DNA of 64,000 bases from Octopus vulgaris (taxonomy: Eukaryota), in the NCBI GenBank assembly GCA_951406725.2, contig OX597820.1:6138001-6202000 (forward strand), given 5' to 3'. This document shows, in pieces, positions 53,478 through 64,000 of this stretch (within the stretch, counting starts at the first letter, position 1; each line of letters begins with the position of its first letter). Under the pieces are notes generated by a model that worked only from the letters and a program-made list of their open reading frames with translations, had not been told where the DNA came from and did no database searches. A program made the translations under genes and the position numbers.

Positions 53478-55349
53478 AGTTGTCTCTCGACTTCGAGAAA
53501 AACTATTCCGAAATGTCTTATATACGGACACACACACATCACCACTAGGGGAGAGATATAGAAAGAAATATAATAGTGAGAGGGAGAAAGAGTGAGCGTT
53601 AGGGAGGTGTGGGTGAAAAAGATTTCGACTAAGATTGCTATAGTAAAAGCTTTCCAGGCGCAAAACGTTGATCGTTCAGACGCTTTAACACCGAGTGGCG
53701 AGGCGGTCACAGATTTTTGTGACTCGATGATTATACGTTTAATGACACAGAATTAGTTTTACTAACGGTGACCACCGTGGTATGGGAGATAACTCTGTCA
53801 CAATAGGTAGTATTCTCTATTGGTATGATAAAAATTGTAGCGAAATCATGAACTTGAATGTTCATGAAATTAATTATGGTATGTTAGTGGCGATAGTTAC
53901 CTATACAGGAAACTCTTCGACGATTCCTGTGAAGTTTTTGTAGAAATCTCTCCATGATGTGTCTTTTATATTGCTAAAAAAATTTGTATCTGTATCCAAT
54001 TGATTCGTTGGAGAGGCGCGGTTTTTGACGCACTTCGATGTCGTTTTTGGAATCGCTACAAGGAGGCTGATATTGCAGAGGTCAACTAAATTTTTATCCT
54101 AGAAAACCTCACAAATCTCCCCACCATACAAGTTTGAATAGTATGGCAGTCACATTCTGAATAGATTAAAGCATCTTGAAATTGTTTTATTTAAAGATAA
54201 TTAAGACTTCTAACCTGTCTACAATTTAGTTGTTAGACATTATGCCTCAAGATATGTATGAAAACTACAGAAAGTTTGATAAAGGGACTACTTATATTCA
54301 TAAAATTTTCAGTGGCCTCTAGCTATACTTTGAATCATAGTAATTATAAACGAAATACCTTCAAGAGATGTCATCGACTGCGTCACATTCTTTATAACAT
54401 GGCGTTAATGGGGAGTGGAATGACTGAGAAGGTGATGTATATGGAGGATCCCTCACACACTTGGATGTGTGTTAGGAAGAAGAAAATGACTGTTTCAGTT
54501 CTCCAGTCGACCTAGATTTCGTCACGAACATAACCGAGTCCTTTTATTTCCAATTAGGCAACAGTTTCAAAACATATATACCGAAAGGTTTTTAATGTGC
54601 ATAATCAAAATATTAGTTACTCTTGCCAAAACAAAATCCCTTTTAGTTCCTCCTGCTTCAAATCAGGCACACACTTTCTATTGTCAAAATAAATCCACCA
54701 GACTATTTAGCAAGATTTATAGGACAAATCGCATTCCGAGGCATTTCACAGAATTTACAGTTAAGGACTCAAAAGGAAGGTGTGACCAGATAATGAACTT
54801 CTTGGATACCTCTACGCCACTCCCTTGCATTATCTGGAGATTCTGAGACTAGAAAAACTGAAACATGAAATAATGGTAAAGCCTTTCTTTATTCGCTTGG
54901 AGCGTGCAACAACGTCGTTGTGTCTATGAGAAAATCCACATGCTCATATACACATATATGTACATGTATACACATACATACATACATACATACATACATA
55001 CATACATACATACATACATACATACATACATACATACATACAGCTTAATACTCACTCACAAATAGGTAGCAAGTGCAGTGCTTTTACTTTTGGTGCCTCA
55101 ATCGTCGCCAGGTGAAATAAATTTGACCTGCACCCCCTCCCCCGCACCAGACTTGTTCTAGCGAAACATCGAGAATGTGATTGATGGAGGAAGAGGGGTT
55201 TCTCTAGCAATCGGGTGGTCCTTATTTTCAGCTGAGTACACTAGAGCAACGTGAAAAGAAGCATCTTATTCAGGGAGACAATTTGTCCTCGGTCTGGCAG
55301 CAGTCGAACCGACAAACATATGGTCATCAGTTCAATATGCAATACACTA

Positions 55350-55380
<31 letters not shown>

Positions 55381-55859
55381 GTATATATATATATATATAT
55401 ATATCATGTTTCGTGTTTCACTATATATGTGTATGTGTGTGTGTTTAGAATCAACAGATGAGATCCAGAGATTCTCAATATAGAAAACATTTAGTAGCGC
55501 TCGAATGATTTTTATCCCTCTCCCCTGAAGACGGAGGCCAGATCTATCTAAAGTATATTTCCTTCCATTACTGTTTGCATATTCTGGTGAACTACATCTG
55601 CCAACATTATGAAGTAACTCCAAACCACCAGAAACAGCTGTTGGACTTGTAACACCATGCCATTCCTCCTGTAATTTCCGGTGTCCTTTGTATTCTGTGT
55701 AAGTTTGCCCTTTTAATATATATATATCTGTATATTTATACTTGAATATTCGTCTGAAAATTTTCAGTTTTTTTCTTTCTATTAACATGTAAACATGTTA
55801 TATACGGGACCCAACTGACTTTATTCGTTTATTTGCATCATTGTATCTATTTATGCATA

Positions 55860-55933
<74 letters not shown>

Positions 55934-55939
55934 CCTATC

Positions 55940-55978
<39 letters not shown>

Positions 55979-56059
55979 GTATATATATATATATATGTGT
56001 AGAGGGAGAGAGAGGGAGAGAGATGTATATATATAATATGTATGTATATATATATAAAG

Positions 56060-56272
56060 TTTATCCAAACATGAAAATATAAAGAGAAAACACAATAACG
56101 CGAGGACGTAACACAAGTATAATGTTATTGGACATCCAGGAAAGGAAACAAAGAAGGAGGATTTAACGTTTCGAGCGGAGCTCTTCGTCAGAAACATAGG
56201 AAAAGGAAAGATCCAAGGAAGGGAAAACGGAGGAAAAACAATCGCCAACGGTACACACGCGATCACATATTG
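56060..56272 (-). mobile_element. Short hammerhead-bearing element (Penelope pLTR/retrozyme-like)
   Basis: Homologous to 59660-59852; adjoins microsatellite. Confidence 0.75.
56161..56195 (-). ncRNA. Minimal hammerhead ribozyme with palindromic stem III
   Basis: GUUU-CUGACGA-a-GAGC(ucc)GCUC-GAAACGUU^AAAU; AACGUU palindrome. Confidence 0.7.
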
Positions 56273-56276
56273 AATG

Positions 56277-56364
56277 GATTAAAGAGAGATGGTAGCCCCG
56301 TGTTACAGTTACCCTCGTTATTGTTAAAGTCACAGAAATGTGTGACTACCATCTCCCTTTAATC
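56277..56364. mobile_element. 88-bp MITE-like inverted repeat with TTAA at both ends
   Basis: GATTAAAGAGAGATGGTAG / CTACCATCTCCCTTTAATC, 18 of 19 complementary. Confidence 0.55.
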
Positions 56365-56542
56365 TAGTGTACACCCAGCACTGAGTTCATTTTCTATAAT
56401 CAACAAAAAGTTTCAATGTTGTAACAATTTACAATAACAGGAAGATAATAAATTCCGCCAGCGCCCTCTTCCACGACACCAATTCAGACACAAATTCAAC
56501 ACCATTCAAAGACTTGGTTTTGTGAAAGATACACTCAACGTC

Positions 56543-56665
56543 TTTGGTTTATTATTGTAAAACTATAACGAAATTGCCTTGGAGTCGTGTTCCATAGAAA
56601 TATTTTGGTTATTATTATAAAACTAATGCATAATTGTCTTGGAGTTGTGTTTCTAAGAAATATTT
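56543..56665. repeat. Two-copy ~60-bp tandem duplication
   Basis: TTTGGTT.TTATT.TAAAACTA..AATTG.CTTGGAGT.GTGTT..AGAAATATT twice. Confidence 0.75.
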
Positions 56666-57492
56666 AACCTAATACGATGGTCAAACCATAAAGTTAGCTT
56701 GAATTTTCAGTAAATTATGTAAATAAACGTTGAATATTCACTCGGGAGAAGACATCTCATTTCTGGCCAAGCATTGGATTATGTTTATATGATGTTGTTC
56801 AAGTTTTTATCTTTTGTATTTTGTTACCGTTTCTCTTATTTTAATCTGTTTTCAAAAGTATAATCTGGAGTTCATTTAAATTTTTTTCTGAATTATAAAA
56901 GAAAGTAATAAGGATGGAAGAGGTTACTGAAAATAAAATTAAACTGAAATGTATTTACAGCGAGGCTTTTGAAACTCGGACAAATTTAATTTGAAAAACT
57001 CATATATTTCAAGAATGCGTGTTGGTAAAATTACTGCCGTATTGATTTTTACAAATACGGTTAGAACCATGTAGAGCATGATAAATATTGTGTTTTCTTC
57101 ACAAGATCTTAATCTAGGTAAAAACGCTCCTTATATTTTGTAAAGAAAAATTAGGTATTTAGAAGGAAGGTCAAAATTAATGTTTGGGATATGTGTGGCA
57201 TAGGACGGTGCCATGAAGAATTTCTCATTGTAATCACATGATCGTGGTTCGAAAGAACAAAGAAAGAAAGAAAGGAGAGGCTTGGCCGAATACGGGTCAC
57301 GTGGAGAGAGAAGTGAGAGAGGTAGAGAAAGTGGGATGGAAGAATTAGGGAGGGACGAGAAAAAAGAAAGGGGACAGAGTGAAGTGAAAGAGGAGGGAAG
57401 ATGAGAATTAAGGGAAAGCCAGGAAATGTGAGGGAGGGGGAACGAAAGAAAGAAAAGTGGGAAGAACGAATTAAGTGTGAAGGGGCTGATAG

Positions 57493-57527
<35 letters not shown>

Positions 57528-57623
57528 TATATATGTATGTATGTATACAGACACATACATGTGTGTATATATATATATATATATATAATATATATATATA
57601 TATGTATGTATACAGACACATAC

Positions 57624-57664
<41 letters not shown>

Positions 57665-57704
57665 TATATTCATACGTATATGTACATACTTACATCTGTA
57701 TGTG

Positions 57705-57790
<86 letters not shown>

Positions 57791-57799
57791 ATGCATATG

Positions 57800-58600
57800 T
57801 GGGCAGAGGACGTCACGAAACATGTACAACAAAAACGTACGAAGCACGAGTACATGGAACATGAACAATTCTTTCGAACGACGAAAGACAAATGGAAAAC
57901 AAAACAAACAACATAAAGAATGACCTTTCATCAGTTGTTGGCTGTTTATCTAGTCTCGTATGTCGAGCATTTAACAACAAAATACGCTTTCGATAAAACA
58001 GTTATTTCCGCAAAGCAAATATAGAACTTATTTTCAAATACAAATTCGGTGTGCTGCGTTCCATTACATGATAAATGGAAAAATATATAAACAAACAACA
58101 TAACGTATGCTGAATGTAAAAACGAACGGGAAACAAACACAGAAGGTCCGTAATTCTTCATCAGTTATCGACCAATAGGTAATGTTCAGTCTCGCACCTT
58201 TAACGATAAGACTTAGTTCTTCCCAATTGATGGTGCCCGCAGAAAAAAAAAAAAGTGCAGAGTGTGACTTAGGACGGTGGACGAAGACAAACAGTCGAAT
58301 AAAATACGGCATTGGGGCCAAGGAGACGAGAATAGCAGGTAACGTTTAGAAATTGTCTTGAACGATGGGGAACGGAGAGAGAGAAACTTTGCGACTGATC
58401 AGCTATGGGACCTGCGTAAGAAAGTAAGGAAAAGGGGAACTGGCCGCTGGTCACGGGACAGCAGCAGGCAGAGGAGAAAGACAGCAGGGAGAAGGAGCGA
58501 CTGAGAAAAAAGGAAAGAGATGAAGGGGCAGGAGAAAGGCTGGGAATACAAAAGGGAGAAAGAGAAAAGGAGTAAGTTTCCCGTTCGTTTTTACATTCAA
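57800..58600 (-). mobile_element. Probable Penelope-like 3' UTR/pLTR fragment with short inverted copy
   Basis: Pyrimidine-rich minus strand, two CUGAUGA motifs, perfect 24-bp inverted repeat 58111-58134 / 58576-58599. Confidence 0.5.
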
Positions 58601-58624
58601 TGAACGATATCTTGAATGCCTCCA

Positions 58625-59022
58625 TCTTTTATCTTGTACTTGTTTCAGTCATTTGACTACGGCCATGTTGGGGCACCGCCTTGAAAAATGAATAGTTGAA
58701 GGAATAGACGTCAGTTCGTTTTGCTTTAATGGCTGATACTTGTTCTATTTTATCCGTCAGTTTGTCGAACCGCTATGTTATAGGAACGTAATCACACACC
58801 AGGTGTCAAGTGACAGTGGGGAACAAACACTAATACATAGTCACACACGAACGCACACATATAGGAAGGGCTTTCAGCTTCCGTCTACCAAATCCACTTA
58901 CAAGGACTTGGTTGGCGCCAGGCGATAGTGGAAGACACCTGCCCAACGTGCCACGCAGTAGGACTGAACCCAGAACCATGTGGTTGGGAAGCAAGCTTCT
59001 TACCACACAGCCACGCCTGCGC
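58625..59022 (-). mobile_element. SINE, family of 4998-5421
   Basis: Head GCGCAGGCGTGGCTGTGTGGTAAG; tail GGCGGTGCCCCAACATGGCCGTAGTC. Confidence 0.8.
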
Positions 59023-59623
59023 AATTGATAAAATGGGAATTACATTTTTTTCACAGAATCTCCCTCAGTTAAAATACCAGAATATGAGCAAATTGACGGA
59101 ATTCCCAGTTGATTTATGTTTAGGGTTGCTTATGTCGCCTACATGAGAAGGGGTGGAAAATCTAGAGGGAAGGAAAAAGAGTAGAGAAGGGTAAGCAGAA
59201 AGAAGGGAGAGAAGAGAGGGGGAGGGAGGGAGAGAAAAAAAGGGAAGACACACAGTAGAAAGACACCCATTTCATTCTCGCGATAAGGGTGATGAAATTT
59301 TTCAGGCTTCAATTCAAGGTAAGTACTCCTGGTCGATGTTGCTGTGCTCTTTAAAGATGCACTCAGCTATTGCCTTTCCATATTGAGGTTTCTCTGGACA
59401 TGCGTAAGGTTTACTCGCCAAAATGGTGGCTGTTTCAAGTTAAGCTAACGTGCATCGCTTCGAAGTTTTACACGAAATACATACATACACACATATACAT
59501 GTATCTGTGTGCGTGTATCTATGTATGTATGTATGTATGTATGTATGTATGTATGTATGTATGTATGTATGTATGTATGTATGTATGTATGTATGTATGT
59601 ATGTATGTATGTATGTATGTATG

Positions 59624-59661
<38 letters not shown>

Positions 59662-59740
59662 ATGCAAACATGAAAACACAACGCGAGGACGTGGAACAAG
59701 TACAATGTTATTTGACTCTCAGGAAAGGAAAGAAAGCAGG

Positions 59741-59775
59741 ATTTAATGTTTCGAGCGGAGCTCTTCATCAGAAAC
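59741..59775 (-). ncRNA. Minimal hammerhead motif with mutated stem III palindrome
   Basis: GUUU-CUGAUGA-a-GAGC(ucc)GCUC-GAAACAUU-AAAU, within repeat 59660-59852. Confidence 0.55.
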
Positions 59776-59890
59776 ATAGAAAAAGGAAAGATCCAAGGAA
59801 GGGAAGAAGGAGAAAGAAAATCGCCAACGATACACACGCGGTCACATATTGAATGTGCATGTACCTATACATATGCATATGTGTATTTAC

Positions 59891-59930
<40 letters not shown>

Positions 59931-59989
59931 GGGGAGAGAGAGAGAAAATGAGAGAGAGAGAGAGTCAAAGACTAAGAATGGTCAGTAGC

Positions 59990-61380
59990 GACATTGTCTG
60001 GGGAAGTGGTGTGGGCATCTTTTCTCTAAATTTGGCAGAAGACCAGGAATTCTGAGGGGAGGAGTAATCGAATATATTAACCCCAGTGCATGACTGGTAT
60101 TTGATTTTATGAAACCGAGAGGGTAAAAGCAAGATTGACTTCAGCGATATTTGAAAGAGCGGGAAAAAATGGTGCCAAGTATTTTTTTCCCGAAGCACTA
60201 ACGATTCTGCTAGCTCGACGCTTTACCATTATTATAATTCTTTCTACTGTTGGCACAACGCCAGTAATCTTGAGGGTTGAGGGATAGTCGAGTACAAGGA
60301 CCCCTGTGCTCAACTGGGCTCTATTTCATCGACCCCAAATGAATGCAAGGCAAAGTTAACCTCTGCAGAATTTGAACGTAGAATGTGAAAAGCCGGAAGA
60401 AATGGGGTTTAGCATTTTGTCCGACGCACTAGATTCTACCAGCTCACCATTATTTCTTTAATAATCGTAAAAGTAATGTACGTGTTTGTTATCTACTCAC
60501 CGCGGTTGTTGACAAAATGTGTTGTGGCTTCTGACTCTTCTTCTGAGATTTTCGATGCAGATGTGTCCAAGAAAGGAGATCTTTTCTTTCGCCTCCTCCT
60601 TGAATATCGGTTTTTGACAAACTTTTTCCGTGAATATATAGAATTGTCCAACTCTGGTACAGAGAAAGAAAATATATTTGTTAATCAGAAGCAAAATAGC
60701 CAAGAAATAATGAACTGTTTTGTCATCTTCATAAACTATATATGGGTTTCAAATTTTGGCACAAAACCAGCAATTTCGGAGGAGTTGGGGCTAAGTCGAT
60801 TACACTGAACCAAGTGATCAACTAGTACTTATTTCATAGACCCCTGAAGGAGATGAAAGTTAAGTTGACTTCGGCGGAGTTTGAACTCTGAACATTAGGA
60901 TACGAAATGCTGATAAGCATTTTCCCTCGGGGTGCTAACCATTCTTCCACCATTCTAATCACCACCTTTCATAAACTAGAAATTCATGTATGTTTCTAAG
61001 ACACAGGGTTTTTTGCGGAGGGGTGAGCTTAGTTGGAACAATCTACCCAATATTTGACAGGTCTCTTATTCGCCCAATTCTAAAAAGATCAGGGCGAAAT
61101 GAGGGAGCAGACCATTCTGCTGGAAGCTGAACTCAGAACATGGGAAAACATAACTAAATACAGCAGGACTTCGTCCCTGTCTGCACTCGGCCGATATATT
61201 TTCCCATAAAATATATATATTAGTTTCTCACATTAGCAGAAGGTAAGAAGTTTTGATAAGTAAAAGCATTATAAAGGATCAGTTCGACCCATTATATTAC
61301 TGGTATTTCTTTATAAAAATGTCCCTGTTCTTTAAGTATCAAAAGCTGAGTCGGATTCGGTGAGATTTGAACTCACGATA
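59990..61380 (-). mobile_element. Cluster of about five degenerate Nin/Deu-like SINEs in the same orientation
   Basis: Repeated CTGGTA..GACCCC..GATGAAAG..GGAATTTGAACTC-like motifs at ~60090, ~60320, ~60830, ~61050 and ~61300. Confidence 0.6.
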
Positions 61381-61495
61381 CAGCGTGTTAAGCCCTCTGT
61401 TTATATACCCATATCAAAGATATCCACCCAAAACAAAGCCATCTGTTCAAATTTCCCTTAGCCATAGTTTAACGTGGGCTGTACCATATAACATT

Positions 61496-62404
61496 TACGA
61501 TGCTTGATCAATAAGTATCTGGACTGTTGCCATAGTAACAAAGCTAAAGCCCGCAGAGTTAAGCCGTTTGGCACAGATTGACTTTGGAGTCTATTGTCTA
61601 TGTGCACTAAGTTGTAGCGTTCTAGCTCACTTTCACTGTTTACAGCAGTGCTTGGAAGGAAGGTGCGTAGCGTGTGATCGTCACATTGACCACGACAGAA
61701 AGTTGTCATGGCGATACCTGGTCAGAGGCCTACACAAAGTTGCAGAAAGCGTATGGAGAGGAATGTATGAGCCGCTCATATGGGTACGAGTGGTTCAAAC
61801 GTTTCCAAGTTAGCACCTTACCCCCAAAAAGGAAAAAAGATGTCGATATTGACCAACGTTCTGGGAGACCCGCAGCCAGCAGAACTGAGAGAAATATCGC
61901 AGATGTGCGTGAACCTGTGAGGGTAAATCGTCGAATCAGTGAGTTATGAGAGGATGTGCAGATTAGTTACGGTTCAGTTCAGTCCATTATCACTGACGAT
62001 TTGGGTATGAGACGCATGTCTGCCAAGTTTGTCCCAAAACTGCTTTCAGCTGACCCAAAAGACACTCGGTTTTCAATTGCACAAGATATCCTTGATTGTG
62101 TCGAGAACGATGAAAACCCTTTGAAAACTTTGTGTAAGCCTCTGAGCGGGTATCAATAAGCTTTTGGCAAAATTTGATACAGATTCTCTGCTCAGCTTTC
62201 TCTGTCATGGTCAATGCAACGATCACACGCTACACACCTTCCTTCCAAGCATTGCTGTAAACAGTGGAAGTGAGCTAGAACGCTAAAACTTAATGCACTT
62301 ATACAATAGAGTTCAAGGTCAATCTCTGCCAACCGACTTTACTCTGAGTGCTTTAGCTTCGTTATTATGGCAACAGTGCGGATACTTATTGATCAGAGCA
62401 CATG
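61496..62404. mobile_element. Fold-back mariner derivative with two 5' ends
   Basis: TA-CGATGCTTGATCAATAAGTATC terminus mirrored at ~62400; + strand SEAYTKLQKAYGEECMSRSYGYEWFKRF..RSGRP..KFVPKLL; - strand MTEKAEQRICIKFCQKL. Confidence 0.9.
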
Positions 62405-62569
62405 TTAAGACAGAAACTTATTTCAAGGTTTGCTGTTGAGATTCGCTGATCCAGAGACCACATCAAGGTTTTTGTATTTGAGTTGTGAAACAATATATAG
62501 ATTACAGTGATGTTTTATATACATTGTTATAATTTGTTGCTGTTTCAAATGCATTTATGCATTCAGAAA

Positions 62570-63090
62570 GCATCTGTAGCATTTGAGAAGCAAATTGCAG
62601 TGTAACAAAGACCAAGCCGAGCATTTACATAGCTTGCGTTACTAACGGTTCGATTGTACTCTTCTGAAACGAGGACAAGACGGCGTAGGCATCTCAAGTT
62701 GCTTGAGCGCTTTCATCTAAACTCTTTGTGACACATACTCAGCATCAAGTGGCTAAGTAACAGATCTGGCACATAAGTCCTTGCAATGGCAGGATGCACA
62801 AGCATCCAGTCCTTAATTATATCTGCTTAGATGCATCGGGCAGGCCATGTTGTGCATATGGAAGATAAAAGGATACCAAAGCAGCTGTTCTACAGTGAAC
62901 TGTGCACTGGAAAGCGTCCTCAGCAAAAGGACTTGAAAAATACACGTAGACTGCATAAAAGGTCCCCTAAAAGAACTGCAGATCAATGTAAAGAACTAGT
63001 TTTGGAAAGAGCTAAGAGCTAAATGGAGGGAGCGTATACAGGAAGATTGCAAACCTCCTTTTGAAGGGGGTTGCATTGAACACAAAATCC
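62570..63090 (+). mobile_element. Old RTE-clade LINE 3' fragment
   Basis: TKPSIYIACV, LYSSET, LLERFHL..ILSIKW, AGHVVHMEDKRIPKQLFYSEL. Confidence 0.8.
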
Positions 63091-63149
63091 TAAATTGCTG
63101 GTTTTGGAGGCGCTTTCCTCAGAACTTCAACAAGAACAGAAAATGTTCT

Positions 63150-63348
63150 TTTCTACTCTAGGCATGACATTTTGAGGGTGGGGCCCAGTCGATTAGATCG
63201 GCCCCAGTGCACAAACGGTACTTAATTTATCGACCCCGAAAGGATGAAAGGAAATTTCGACCTCGGCGGAATTTGAACTCAGTGCGACGGGCGAAATCTC
63301 TCTAATCACTTCGTCTGGCGTGCTAACGTTTCTGCCAGCTCGCCGCCT
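63150..63348 (-). mobile_element. Nin/Deu-like SINE
   Basis: Reverse complement GGCGGCGAGCTGGCAGAAACGTTAGCACGCC..GAGTTCAAATTCCGCCGAGGTCG. Confidence 0.8.
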
Positions 63349-63719
63349 GGGGACATAAACTGTTAGAGGTGGGAAGTATGTTGCCATGAAATCATTTCCA
63401 AGGCTGGGTATGTCAACCATCTGAAGTCCTACGAAAGATCAAATGTATACAACGTCCTTCCTCTTAGACAGGGTGATTCGACGTGTGGAGTATGTGAAAG
63501 GGCTTGCAAGTTGGTTTCGTGCTGGAAGACACACGTGGCCGTTCACAGGAACATATCTCACAGAGTAATCCTATCAGTCCAGTGAAAGTAACAAGCTTCT
63601 TCTATCACCTATGCTTCAAATAGTGCAGATCTGCAGTGGGCCTAAACAGTCACCTGAGAGGTCAAGGACGGAAGGCCGGAAATGTATGTATGCATGCACG
63701 AAGGCAAAAACATCACCAA

Positions 63720-63908
63720 AGCTGCTGGCAGAATCTTTAGTATTCTTAAAGGTATTTCGTTCGTCTTCATGCTCTGAGTTCAAATTCCACCAAGGTCGAC
63801 ATTGCTTTTCCAGTTCAGGTTCCACAAAATAATTATGAGTAAAGTACGTGTACTCTCAAAATGACTGCACACCGTAGAAATTGCTGGCCTTGTGCCAAAA
63901 CTTGAAAA
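63720..63908 (+). mobile_element. Degenerate Nin/Deu-like SINE
   Basis: GCTGGCAGAATC..GGTATTTCG..GAGTTCAAATTCCACCAAGGTCGAC. Confidence 0.65.
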
Positions 63909-64000
63909 ATATATATAGATCAATGCCTTAGATTTAATCATGTGGTGAGCAGCTGTCCGAAAATGTCAGTAAAGTAGGCCCTTCCTATGTGCTGTGGTGC

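Noticed and set aside
54690-54780. TRLFSKIYRTNRIPRHF resembling an RTE RT segment
   Set aside because: Too short and unsupported by neighbouring motifs

Overview
AT-rich, microsatellite-saturated eukaryotic DNA that looks intergenic or intronic. The tRNA-derived SINE families and repeat landscape suggest a cephalopod, probably Octopus; this is an inference. No host protein-coding exon can be supported, and almost all ORF-track entries are microsatellite translations. The window is a collection of mobile elements: a near-complete RTE LINE with a ~65-bp target duplication, two CR1-like LINEs (one with an uninterrupted ~695-codon RT frame), three Tx1/L1-like 3' fragments, four R4/Dong-like fragments mostly in (TAA)n arrays, a Penelope-like RT relic, two Helitrons, a Helentron-type HINE, a fold-back mariner and many SINEs. 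Two signals fall outside standard annotation. (1) About ten small hammerhead-ribozyme motifs, mostly in short elements embedded in (TA)n/(TATG)n arrays, several with palindromic stem III or a CCGANGA core, nearly all on the minus strand. (2) A SINE subfamily whose 3' end runs back into the loop of its own head hairpin, inserted as a dimer between one target duplication, which suggests a circular RNA template. All coordinates were read by eye and element edges are approximate.
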